The position numbers and the translations under genes are program-made. Positions 12,781-24,700 of a stretch of 64,000 bases of DNA are shown here, one piece after another. The DNA comes from Callorhinchus milii. Its lineage: Eukaryota. The notes under the pieces were generated by a model. The model did not search any database, had not been told where the DNA came from, and saw only the letters and a program-made list of their open reading frames with translations. Every line of letters begins with the position of its first letter. The first letter of the stretch is position 1. The stretch is taken from NCBI RefSeq assembly GCF_018977255.1, contig NW_024704743.1, positions 84,322,001-84,386,000 on the forward strand, written 5' to 3'.

Positions 12781-13437
12781 AAAATGAAAATATTGCACAT
12801 AGTTCTTTTAATAGAAATAATATCCACGGCTTTAACAGCAAAACGTGACGTGCCTTACTCAATTCAAAAGATTTCAAACACAACTGGACCTTTTGCTACT
12901 CAAGACGAGGTGACTGTGAATAGTCCAGTCAGTAGTCTTAATGAACCCTTCCTAGCATTAGCAAATGAAAAGCCTGACCTTTCTGCAAATCCTGAAGCCT
13001 TGTCAGACCTGTTCTGCAATAACACTTTTACACCCTTCTCCTTCTCCCTGGTTCATTTTCTCTCCTTTTCTACTTGGTTTTCTCCAATTCAATTCTGTTT
13101 CCAATAATAATAGCAATTCTTGCAATCTTTTACATATTTATTCTTTTATGAATAAACATGTAATTCTTCGATGGCCGGTCATAGCATTGATCTTAACAGC
13201 AAGAACGTATTATGGTGAGTTACTCAATGCACGATCACCAAAGTTGTTGGAAGCTTGATTGACGATAAGAGAATCATATTCAATATTTTATTATGCTATC
13301 TGTTGCTGTGCCATTACTTCACTATTTTGACATTTCCCATACCAGATGGCCAGGTCAACCTGCCTCTTATCCCATGGAGGCATCTCTGAGAATCTCCCAC
13401 AATTTCTGATTTTCTATGTTTATACAAACGACAACAA

Positions 13438-13918
13438 AGTCCTGTAGCGATTAGTTACAGCACTCGCCTTGCAAATGAAAGGACTCGGGTTCGATTCCTG
13501 GGCAGGGTAAAAACTTAACAATAATAATGATCCCTGCATTTGATATAACACCTTATCATGTCTTCTAGATGTCTCAAAGCACTTCACAGAATATACTGTA
13601 AAGTGAATTGTCTGTATATTTTGTGGGCATATACAATTATATATATTGTATACATAGAAAAATTCTACTTTGATTAGTATGGCCTTGGTATCTGGTTAAA
13701 AGATTCATTTTAAAATTCCTGACGTAATAATTAATAAGAAATGTTGGCAAGTTTCTTTATTCCACATGCCTCTGTTTACCTAACATTAAGTAGGATTGTT
13801 GGTTGTTGGTCGAGTGGTGGATCACTCACAAAATACAGAGTCAATTTACTTTACTATATGTTCTGTAATATAAGAATGTGATAAGGCGTTATATTAAATG
13901 CAAGGATTATTAATATTA
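13438..13918 (+). mobile_element. tRNA-SINE (long form) interrupted by ~225 bp that includes an antisense SINE tail
   Basis: Head 13438-13512 (GTCCTGTAGC...GGGTTCGATTCCTGGGCAGGG); minus-strand tail 13520-13630; body resumes ~13740 (TTGGCAAGTTTCTTTATTCCACATGCCTCTGTTTACC) and ends AAATGCAAGGATTATT. Confidence 0.75.
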
Positions 13919-15505
13919 TGAATGTTTTTTACCTCTTAACACAGATAAAGCAGGAAAATGCTTTGGAATCCTGTTAGCTGGAAATTGCAGCTCAACGGAG
14001 AGATTTGGTTACTCCTGCCTGGGCTGAACAGGGTTAAAACAGGAACAGTATGCAGAACATTTTGTGCACCCTGAGTAAAAGATTTCATTATTTCTAAACT
14101 GCAAGAAAAGTTCACCGCTGAGGCAGCCTGCTCTCTGGGTGCTGATAAAAAAGAATGTGGTGCAATAAAATTTTAGCCACAGTATCCGTTTCTTATTGGT
14201 TGAGACAAATTATAAGCAATTTTAAACAATTTCAATATGTTTAATGGTCCAAAGTTAAGCTAAACTGTTCCACTCGCTGGGTAAAGTGCTGGGTCCGTAA
14301 ACAGGAATGCTTAGCTACCCCAAGAGTGCACTCATTTTAAATTTTGGTTGGAAGCGGGATGTACATGTTTATTACAATTTCAAACAAAATGCTAATGTCA
14401 TTAAACAAATGAGGTTTAGGCAAATTAACTGCATTTTAATATTCCAAAGACTATGACATAGGACATTGTGTTACGAAACATTGGCTAGAAGTATCAGTTG
14501 CAAAGTGTGATTTTCATTGCTGCGAATCTCAGGAGAATATTTGTAATTAGTATCATTTGCCTAATACTTCAGGTTAATTAGAATATTTAATTGAATAGCT
14601 GTAATCTTCAGAGATGACTATATTATGATCAAATTAGTACCATGGCTATGCACGCTGATCACTGCTACAAACTGACTTAACTTCTGCTGCTATTTAGTCC
14701 TCTGGTGCATTCAGCAGCACACAAAAAAAATCTGTTTTTTACACTTTTGAATTTCAATGATCCATTTGAACTCTGCCATCAACATTTAATTATTTTTGAA
14801 AAAAAAGTCTCAACCATAGCTCCCATATGGCGCGTTGGCAAACACACTAGCCCAGCTTGCAGCAGCACATCCTGCTCTGTGTGCAGGAGATTTCAAGTGA
14901 ACACTGAATACAGAGCTTTCCCCAATGTTTGCAAATACAGACCATATGAAGCTTCACGGGAGAGGTTACCAGGAGACCATTCAGATGCTATTAGGTACAG
15001 ATGAGTTGATTTTTACAATGTTACTATGAGTTTAATCCTCCAGTGGTTATGGTAGAATGTCTACACCGCATTCAGAAACTTTGACAAAACTTGGAATTCG
15101 GGTTGAGGGGGGGAGACTTGGGAGGGATGCAAATCAAATCTTTGCTCATTATGGTCTATTCATTCACTGAGGGAGACGAGGTTGACCGTGAAGATTTCAA
15201 CAAGCCTGTGTTATAGAAAGGGCAGCTCTCGTGTGTATTCAGGTGACTAATGCCATGGCGTTTTTATAGGAAGTTTGCAAAATGGATCCAACTGCAACTT
15301 GAGTTATATTGTGATCTTGCTTGAACCTTGAACCGTATCATTGCTCTCATTTTAAAACTGGCCCTAAATCACAGCAAGAGTTGTAAGAGTAATTTTTCAC
15401 TGGCTGCCCCTCACTGGCTAATGTCATGTAAAGTAGCAATCTGGCTCTGTCAAACCAATGTGACTGCAATATGACAATCGGTTAAGTGACAGAGTTGTGT
15501 TATGG

Positions 15506-15818
15506 AATAATAGTAATATTATTGCACTGGATATAGCAACTTTTCATGTCTTCAAGGCATTTGAAAGTGTTTCACAGAATATACTGTAAAGCAAATTGAT
15601 TGTATATTTATTGGGCAAAATTGGCAGCCAATTGCACACAGGAGAGTCCCACAAACAGTTGTGGATTGAGTGACCACATTCTTCTTATTATTTTTTTTGA
15701 AGGGATTATTACCCCCAGAAAAGCAATCGGCCAATCAACTAATAACCAGGTTCTTACTTACTGCTAGGTAAACAGAGGCAAATGGATGTAAGGAAACTTG
15801 CCTAACATTTTGTCCTGC
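15506..15818 (-). mobile_element. tRNA-SINE long form lacking head
   Basis: Tail, body and internal segment GGTTCTTACTTACTGCTAGGTAAACAGAGGC match the other long-form copies. Confidence 0.8.
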
Positions 15819-16149
15819 ATATCATCATGTGTTCTGTGGAATAGCATAACATCATGTGCCATGCCAGTCCTGCTGTATGTAATAGACTGAGTAGGACTGA
15901 AAGCACAACGCAAACTTAATGAACAGTCATCCATTTCATCTCATGAGGTGAAAACACTCCATAATTCTTATCTATCGTGTTATGTGCTGGTCTCAAAGGA
16001 TCTCTTTCACAAATCTTATTGGTTGACTTCTCAGACATAAGGAGAGTATGGCAAGATGAACAGGAGAGGAGTTTCTGTGGTGCAATGATTGTTTTGGGAT
16101 GAGAAATGCAGTATGCTTTGTCTGTTTTACCATTGGTTTTCAACCATCC

Positions 16150-16385
16150 TACTCTCCAGAATTCTCTCCTAGAATTCTATCCCATCTCCCGGCTCAGCGC
16201 CTCCCACCTCCCCATCTTTAAAGCCCACCTTAAAACCTTTCTTTTCTTTTCAACTGTGCTTTTGGTCACCTCCCCCCTCCTCAGCTTCCCCCACCTGCAC
16301 CCCAGGCTCCCAGTTGGCTCTCTGAAGCAGTTTGAGATGCCTTTCCAATGTGAAAAGTACTATACAAATGTAAATTGTTGTTGTT
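16150..16385 (+). mobile_element. Degraded L2 3' end
   Basis: FKAHLKTFLF-like coding remnant and terminal TATACAAATGTAAATTGTTGTTGTT. Confidence 0.65.
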
Positions 16386-17659
16386 ATATGTGTTGTAACA
16401 ATTTCCACCAGCAATTAATATCACAGGTGTTAATTCCATTCGGGTGATTAATATCACAGGTCCATTCCGCCCTGTCAATAACTCAAAATATCAAACGAAT
16501 GCAAGTGTGATCTCTTCCCCTCCCTCCACTTTTTTCTGTCATAATGGTTGAACCCAAGCATTACCAGGTTTACTGAGTTTGTTATTGAGTTAAAACCAGT
16601 ATTCTGCAAATTGGCCCTTTAGCCTACAAAATACCCAGTCACTCCACTTTGCAGTAAATGCTATGAAGCATTTTGAGATATCCTCCCGGTGTGTAAGCCA
16701 CAATATTAAGGTCAAGGATAATTGGTCCTATTTTTATTAGAACATCCAAATATTTATTAGAAATGTGGGAAACTGATAGCCAAGGACTTAGTCATCACAT
16801 GTTTCGAACATTTATTTACAAAAGACTGGTATTAAAACTATAGTTTTGTTTGAGAAAATTATAGTATAAATATAACACCGTTTGATACTCAGACTATCCC
16901 TTGTTATTCAAGGTTATTCCTTTCAAGTCTGATCTTTAATCGATCGATCTCTGAAGTTTAGTTTACCATTTTTGTTAATAATAATCAACGTTTGTGATGA
17001 AGGTTAGTGTGTGTAATTCATAGGGCCAACTTACATATCCTGCAATTGCTTAACAATTCCTCCTCATGATAAATGCAGTGCCACATAAACTGTGCTATAT
17101 TAATCAGGTTTTATGCACATTCAGAGACTTCCACCTGAGAATTCTCTGAATGGTTTGTCCTTCACTGCTGAAAGTTTGTGTCACTTTATAATGTTAAAGT
17201 CATTTCGTGAAATACGGTTATTAATGTACTGATAGTTTGCACCAAAAAGTATCACAGGCCTTCAGAGTACAATGCAATTTGATTTTGACAGATAAATTGT
17301 ATGATATACCACCAAACAGATGGCAAAGAATGAGATAAAATTATATATGCAATATGTTAGCTACTAGCATTTTATGTTAATATTAACTGTTTGCAGCAAA
17401 AAAAACCTCTCATAACTGAATTCTACACAGAACATTCCGTGAATCTGGCAAGAAAAGGATCCCATTTGTTTATCTTCCAGTGTCCTCTAGGTACAGCTTG
17501 CTGATGAAATCAATAATAATACTACTTATAATAATAGTAGCAATAATAATAATCCTTGCATATAATAAAATGCCTTTCACATCAGGAGAACATCTCAAAT
17601 CACTTCACAATAATGTGTATTGACTGTACTTTGTAGGCAAACTTTGAGCTGATAGTCTA

Positions 17660-17975
17660 AAGCTAACACTCCAATACAGTTGTGGGTAAGTGCTGAATGT
17701 TCAGAGCTACTGTCATTCAAATGAGACATTAAACTGAGGTCCAGTCTGCCTATTCAGGTGAATGAAAAGAAGAAAAGAAATTGAATTCCTCCTGGTGTCC
17801 TGATCAACAAACACTCCACATAAAATCAGTCATTCACTTCATGGCTGTTTGTGGAACATTGCTGTGTGAAAGTTGGTTGCTGTGGTCACCTACAAATATA
17901 CAGTCACTACACTTTACAGTTAAATCCAGTGAAATGCTTTGAGCAATATGCTACCTCAAATTCAAGGATTATAAC
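17660..17975 (+). mobile_element. Deu-domain SINE, headless
   Basis: GTCATTCAAATGAGACATTAAACTGAGGTCCAGTCTGCCTATTCAGGTG...GGTGTCCTG...TCAAGGATTAT. Confidence 0.7.
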
Positions 17976-19979
17976 CCCTGAAATTTGCCGATTGTCAGTT
18001 CCAACAGAGCAAAGTGAAAATGTGCCTCAGTTCGTAGGCCCGATTTTGTTTATGTGCATTTAGGTTTCTTGTACAACAGAGAATTCTGCTGCTTTATCTT
18101 ATATCTCGACTTGGAATCTAGCCTCATCCAACTAGCTGGATTCAGTATGAAATGTTGCATTATTTTCTTCCTGAAATCCTTTCTGCTCCTGTTTGCTGCA
18201 GTGGATCCTATCTCCTGTTACCATCTCTAATTTCACCTGCTTTTGTTAACAGCCACAGTGGGACCTCCTCGCTTCTGAAGTGGAGTTTCATAGTGTGTGA
18301 AATGAAGAGGCTTTTTTTCTTTTTTAAAAATGTAAGGGCAAGACATTCCTCCACCATTAAACACAGCTGTTAAATCTTCATAATTCACCTATATGGATAA
18401 ATGCTGTGGCAATGAGGCCGTTCGCTAACTGGATACACAAGCTGGGCAATAGTGGAGTGATATTTTTAACATTGTGTCCCGTATTTCTCTACCTACAAAG
18501 TCAGCTTTCAAGACATTTGGAGCAACTGTGCAAAATCTCTACTCAAAGTTGGTTAAGGCTCAGATACAGGCTATTAAAAACACTGTCCGGCATTTGTGCA
18601 GCCTTGGACAACAGGGATAGAGTAACACACCATTAAAGATCCATAGCACCATCAAAATGGCAGTAAAAAGGACGTATATTTTCATGTGACTAAAACTATT
18701 ATTGGTTGGTTGTTTTTTATTTGGTCTATTCCTTAATCTTTTAGAAATGTTTAAATAAAAGGTATTGAATAATTTGAAGAATGTGTCATTTAGCGATTAT
18801 CAGTTTATCACACTGGGTGTAATTTATGGTAATTCTTGATTTCCTAATTAAGGATCATTTAGAATTCCCACCGATACATGGAAGTTCTGGTCTAGAGGCA
18901 CATTGCATCAGAGTGGATATCTTCCAGGGTCAGTATTTTATGTGTCTGGTTGCTGCAAAGTACCCCCATTTAGTGACTGATCTTCAATAAAGAATGCAGT
19001 TAAGAAATAATGCAGTTTAATCCCTAATAATCAATATTGTTTCTGCACTGATTGTTGGTGCAAACAGGACATTCACGATGTGAACTAAAACTCAATATGC
19101 AAACCCTGCATGTTTTCAATAGAATCATTTTTAACATGGGTTCTTTTGTGACTTAAAGTAGAAACATGTTAGAATCTCTTTTAAGACTCTATCATTCTGG
19201 CTCTTGGAGAGCCATTCAAATTGTTCAAAATGTTGCATTTCTTCAAATTGTGTGTGTGCTCTACAACCAGTCTTAATTTATTGCATCAGGCTTTACCCAC
19301 AATTATTCTGCAATTGTGAACCTATTTACATGAAAAGTTGAATAGAGACAAATCTGCTGTTGACTAGTTATTTTGTTATAATGACTAGTTTACTGGAAAA
19401 TGTGATGCAAGAGCTTAAATTGGTTAATTCACTGCTTAATCTTGAAATACAAGAAATTTGTCAACAAATTTTGAAAACTAGTCAATAAATTGGTTGTTCA
19501 GATTTTTCAACAGAAAATAGCTGCTTGTGTTTACATAATGTTTACAATTCAGCGACTATTCCTTGTCCCTTGCATTGTCTGTGAATCCAGGGAAATTTCT
19601 GTCACTTTGGCTCAATTGCTTTACCTTTGCAGGATTGGACCTTATTCACTGGGACTCAGAAATAAATATTAACATTGCATTAATGAAGCTGTTCAAATAT
19701 CAATAGCTTAATTATTGTACCACGAGCTCCATATGCCTAAGTAAACATCTAAAAGACATGCACAAAATAAAAATTAAACACTTCTATTTTGATTAATTTG
19801 TTATTCCTTTTCCTTCCTGTTATCTCTGTTTTATTTCTATTTTAAATTTAATTTACTTCAATCTAATAACCTTATCCCTCTTTACTATGCCTTGTTTCAC
19901 TAAAAACAATTGCAAATTTATCTTACTTCTCTTCTGCCTGGTACGCCTTCCCTTGTAAAAGTGGCAGCAAATTTACTTA

Positions 19980-20310
19980 TAATAATACTTGCATTTGATA
20001 TAGAGCCTTATCCTCCCATTGAGAAGTCTCAAATTGCTTCAAAGGATACACTGTAAAGTGATGTAACTATGAGGATTTTGTGACAGCCAATTTGCACAAT
20101 GGCCCACAAACAGCCAAGTGACTGACTTGTATCTGTGGAATTATTGGCCAGGACACCGGGAGAAAGCGAGAGAGAGAGAGAGAGAGAGAGAAACTCGCTT
20201 TTCTTTTCGAATAGTGCCTTGGAATCTATAACATCCATCTGAACAGGGCACAAACAGTGAGCTCGAATTAATGGCTCATCCAAAAAACGGCACCTCCGAC
20301 AATGCAGCAA
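19980..20310 (-). mobile_element. Deu-domain SINE with internal (AG)n expansion
   Basis: Tail, GGCCAGGACACCGGGAGAAA(GA)n, CATCCAAAAAACGGCACCTCCGACAATGCAGCA. Confidence 0.78.
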
Positions 20311-20744
20311 ACCCCATTTCATTGTCTGAAAACTAGTCTATATCAGCATATGTGGTCAGGTGTGTCTATGAATTGTAAAGGAATGAGTAGCAGATGAATG
20401 TACTCAACCACAGTATGCTAAGAATTAGGTTAACTAGCAACATTTTATTTTGAGCAGATGTTAGATCTTATGCTTTTCTGGTTCTAGTTCACACCAGGAA
20501 ATTCCAGAGTTTGGTGATTTTCTGAGATTTGTCGACAGCGAATGGACTGCAAAATATCAACTAGTGATATATATAAACAGCCTGGATTATAATGATCTCT
20601 ATTATCTAGCGCCTTGATTTAATTCTGTTAGTAAAGAAACTGACATTACTAATTCAGAATATGGAACTGTATTAGAAAGTAAAACTCAAAAGAGAATTGG
20701 GGTATAAGAAAAAGTGAACTGACTGTATATTTTTGATTGTATAT

Positions 20745-21945
20745 GATAATAATAAATATCCTTGTGTTTGATATAGCGCCTTATCACGTCTTCGAGATGT
20801 CTCAAAGTGCTTCACAGAATGTACTGCGAAGTGTAGTGACTGGATGAGGGCAAATTTCCTACAGTTGAATGTGAACAAGACTGAGGCCCTCCTGATTGGC
20901 TCACGCCAGCACCTCTGCACCTCAGGCTCTGGCAACATCAACCTCCATGGTTGCACACTACAACTCACCGCCAGTCAGGAACCTCGGTGTCTTGTTCAAC
21001 CCTCAACTGCCTTTTCTCCCCCACATTCAAACCATGACCCGCTCTGCCTTCCCTCACCTCGTAACATCGCCCGACTCCGCCACTACCTCACCCCTCAGGC
21101 CACTGAAACTTTTGTTCATGCCTTCATCATCTCCCAGCTCGACTGTGCCATCGTCCTGCTTGTCGGCCTTCCCAACTCCTTCCTCCACAGGCTGCAGATA
21201 ATCCAGAACTCTGCAGCCCGTGTCCTCTCCCGCACCAAACTCCATGACCCCATATCCCCCACTCTCGAGCGACTCCATTGGCTCCCTATCCTTCAGAGGA
21301 TCCAGTTCAACATCCTGGTCCTCACATACAAAGCCCTCCATGGCCTCGCCCCACCCTACCTCTGCAACCTCCTAACCCCCTACCAACCCGCCCATTCCCT
21401 CCTCTCAGCCCGCTCTGGCCTGCTCCACGTCCCCCAAACTACCCGCCCCACCACCTTCAGCCACTCTGCCCCCCTCTGGAATTCCATCCCCCAGTCACTC
21501 CAGCTCGCCGTCTCCTTAGCCTCCTTCAAGACCCGCCTCAAGACCCTCCTCTTCGACCATGCCATCGGCCACACCCCCTTCCCCTCCCCGCCCCTTCCCC
21601 TCCCCTGACCCCAGCTCAGGACTGAAATGCTGTACTCTGTCCAGCACCTTGGGACGTCCTCCCGACGTGAAAGGTGCTATACAAATGTAATTTTGTTGTT
21701 GTTGTATAGTTTGTGGGCCAATTGCGCACAGCAGTGTCTCACAAATAGTTGTGGATTGAAGTGACCAAGTTATTATTTTTTTTAAGGAATAATTACCCCC
21801 AGAAAAGCGATCCGCCAATCGACTAACAATCGGGTTCCTACTTACCACAAGGACAAGTGGAGTAAGGAAACTTGCCCAATATTTCGCCCTGACCAGGAAT
21901 CGAACCCAGGTCTCTCGCTTGCGAGGCGTGTGCTCTAACCCTGAC
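20745..21945 (-). mobile_element. tRNA-SINE long form split by an L2 insertion
   Basis: 3' part 20745-20842 ends ...GTGACTG; SINE resumes at ~21705 TATAGTTTGTGGGCC...CAATTGCGCACAGC and runs to head GGAATCGAACCCAGG...GCTCTAACC. Confidence 0.85.
20840..21704 (+). mobile_element. 5'-truncated L2 LINE nested in a SINE
   Basis: ORF 20844-21608 (NFLQLNVNKTEALLIG...QNSAARVL...LHWLPILQRIQFNILVLTYKALHGLAPPYL...FKTRLKTLLF) and (TTG)n tail. Confidence 0.94.
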
Positions 21946-22109
21946 CATATGCCATTGTTTATAGATCTAAAGGACCATCACTGCAAATAGCTATTACATA
22001 GCACTGCAGGGCAGGTGACGTACATGCTGTATTTATATCAAATACTGTTAAAAGCAGAAACTTGCACACGTGCAGTTGGTAATGGTATCTAACATGTGGT
22101 CTAAATTTG

Positions 22110-22326
22110 GCTGTATACTTGTAGGCAAACACGTCAGCCAATTTGCACACAGCAATACCCCTCAATCATCCATGAACTGAATGATCAATTTTATCTGTAG
22201 GACTGTAGGCCAGGACACCAAGAGAAACTCATTTCTTTTTTGAATTCTTCTATGGGATCTTTAGCATTTGATCTGTCAGACAGGACCTCGATTTAATGTC
22301 TTACGCAGACAGGACCTCTGACAATG
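22110..22326 (-). mobile_element. Deu-domain SINE fragment
   Basis: CAGCCAATTTGCACACAGCAA...GGCCAGGACACC...ATGGGATCTTTA...GGACCTCGATTTAATGTCT. Confidence 0.7.
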
Positions 22327-23589
22327 AGATCAAAGTCTTGATATAACACCTTTGACAATTGTTTTCACTTATATCTATTCTGGTTTCACCCCCGACCTCT
22401 TCGTTTTAACTAAGGATCATCCTGAACAGTGTGTGTTGGAGGGAAAAGTGTGTGGGGGGGATGGATGCTTTTTTGACATCTTATGCCCTGACTTGCTGCA
22501 CTTTAAACGTATCAGTTTATAAATAATAATGCATGATCTATCATATTGCGATAGACAATCATGAGAAAAGTGTTCTACTTATAAATCAAGAAAAAAATGT
22601 TTTATACCAGTTTTCTGCAGTTTGTGCCCAGTGCTATTTGTACTATGTTTCTAGTTGCCAGGCAACCTTTGGATTGGGTGACTTCTCACGACCTCAACAT
22701 GCTTGCTGTTGTGATATCTGCAATGATGCCCTCTATGTGGTACTTTAGTAAAGCCACAGTTAACACAGCCTTGCAACTGTTCTGTCCCTGCATCAGCCTT
22801 GGTGGGATTTTTATACAACGCCACCAAAATACTAATGCTTTCACCAGCACAAACCTATATTCACATTTGAGAAAATGCTCCCTGGACAGCCATAACCTAC
22901 ACTTCCATTTGCACTGCAACCTTGTTTTTTTCAGTCAATACAATTTCCCAGTGGGTGGATGAAATTCACAAGAAACAAATGCAATTGCACGCAACGAGTT
23001 GAATAGTGATTTCAGTGTAATTATAAAATAATTTTCAGCAATTAAGAAGGAGTATTGATGGATAATTCATAATAACCCGCTGAGTTTTTTTGATCTCGGC
23101 AAAATAAAGATTAGGTAGCGTAAGGGTTAACGGTTGATTTCGCTGGAGAACGCAGTTAGTTAAGGATCATTCGGTATATTCACTGTACATTATTACGTGA
23201 ACCTTGAATACAATGTTCACTTTTCAAAGGTGCAATGTAACACATAAAGTAATTAGACAAACAACATGAGAAACTTGTTACCGAGAAATTTTCATAAAGT
23301 TTGGGTCATTTTCAGAATAACTGCTACTGTCTCATTAGCAGCATTACAAACATGAGTACTTGCTGCAGATAGTCTATGCTACCCCAACCTAAGAGTTTCC
23401 TTGACCCTAAAATATACATATGTTTAGCTAACACTTAAGTCTCAGCCACTTCTTAGTATTGTGTTAAGTTGCATTCACTTTGCTTTTAAAGGGGAGGACA
23501 TACCTATGGCTGTCCAAGTTGGTAACTTTGCCGACTAGCATTCAGTAAATATGCCATGTTTTATAATTTACAGTTTTGTTTGTTCTGAC

Positions 23590-24025
23590 ATAAGGTGGCT
23601 GTCCAGACCCTAGAGACAGTACAGAGGAGAACAAATAGGATTATCCTCTGTGTTCGAGGAATGGTCTTTGAGCAACGATTAGATAAACCAGGATTCTTCA
23701 ACCTTGAAAATAAATGTGTCAGAGAGGACCTTAGCGAGGTATATAAATGGAGTTTTAAATGGAGTTGACTGATAGTAGAATACTATTCAGATATGCAGAA
23801 CAACAGGGTACAGGTTCAGTGTAGCAAAGTGCAATTCAAGGACAGACACCAGCAAGTGTCTCTTTAACCAGAGGGTAATTAACAAAAGGAATAGGTTACC
23901 AGGAAAACTGGTTGATGCCAGGATGACAATAATAGTAGGGAGGTAGCGTGAATATTCTGCAAGGACTAGATGAATTGGGCAGAAGGGCCTTCTTGGTATG
24001 AACTTCTCTTGTGATCTTGTGAATA
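23590..24025 (+). mobile_element. CR1 LINE 3' fragment, degraded
   Basis: Translates as LETVQRRTNRII...FEQRLDKPGFFNLENKCVREDLSEVYK, matching the CR1 LERVQRRAT...GLFSLEKRRLRGDLIEVYK region; ends with short TTGTGA repeats. Confidence 0.8.
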
Positions 24026-24389
24026 TAGATGTTTTGAGGCAGTTTCAAAAAATACAATGTGCACATAAACACAGAGCAATGGATATCTGGCAAGAACCTA
24101 CCATGCTGCAATTCAGCAACAAGATTCTGGGGACATTGTCAAATTATGAGAGTGAAGTGTAAGTGATTATTGAATGTCAGCAGGGACTTGAAATTGGACT
24201 ACAGCCTTCCAATTCATGCCAGCAGTTTGTTAATATGCTTAGCATACTCTCAATAGTATTTATGTCTTTGTTTCTTCTTTTATACTGTTATACAACTGTT
24301 CAGTTGAGCGTGTTTGGCAGTTGAGCCAATATGACATCAGCAAAAGAAAAATGAGCTGAGTTTGACTTTCAACCAAAGCTGGAAACATC

Positions 24390-24700
24390 GAAACATAGAT
24401 ATTTTCAGCACAGAAGGAGGCCATTTGGCCCATCAAGTCTCTATAACTGCTACATGCATGACTAAATCACTCTCTTTTTTATTATTCCCAATTCCAGCTC
24501 TTTCCCCATATTCCCTTTTTTAATACAGTTCCCTTTTGAACAATTCTGTTGTTCAGCCTCAATAGCTACTTGTGGCAAAAACCCAAACAACCAAATGAAA
24601 GATTTCCTTCTAATGCTTCTGGTTTTCCTTCTGATAATCCTGTACCACTCTCAACCCCTTGTTACTTATTCCCCAACAAAGGGAATACATGACAGTTCCT
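24390..24700 (-). mobile_element. CR1 LINE 3' end, degraded
   Basis: CAGCACAGAAGGAGGCCATTTGGCCCATC is the reverse of a shark-type CR1 3' UTR; downstream sequence resembles reversed ORF2 end. Confidence 0.55.

Noticed and set aside
12784..13107. 107-aa ORF with signal-peptide-like start (MKILHIVLLIEIISTALTA)
   Set aside because: No recognisable homology or splice structure; ORFs of this length arise by chance in 64 kb.
16414..16461. 15-bp direct repeat ATTAATATCACAGGT x2
   Set aside because: Two units only; local slippage duplication, not an array.
17118..17152. 10-bp inverted repeat CATTCAGAGA/TCTCTGAATG
   Set aside because: Short and isolated; compatible with chance.
20844..21608. 254-aa ORF, and 221-aa ORF at 40313-40978, as host or domesticated genes
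   Set aside because: Both are 5'-truncated L2 ORF2 remnants with frameshifts or nearby stops and intact LINE tails.
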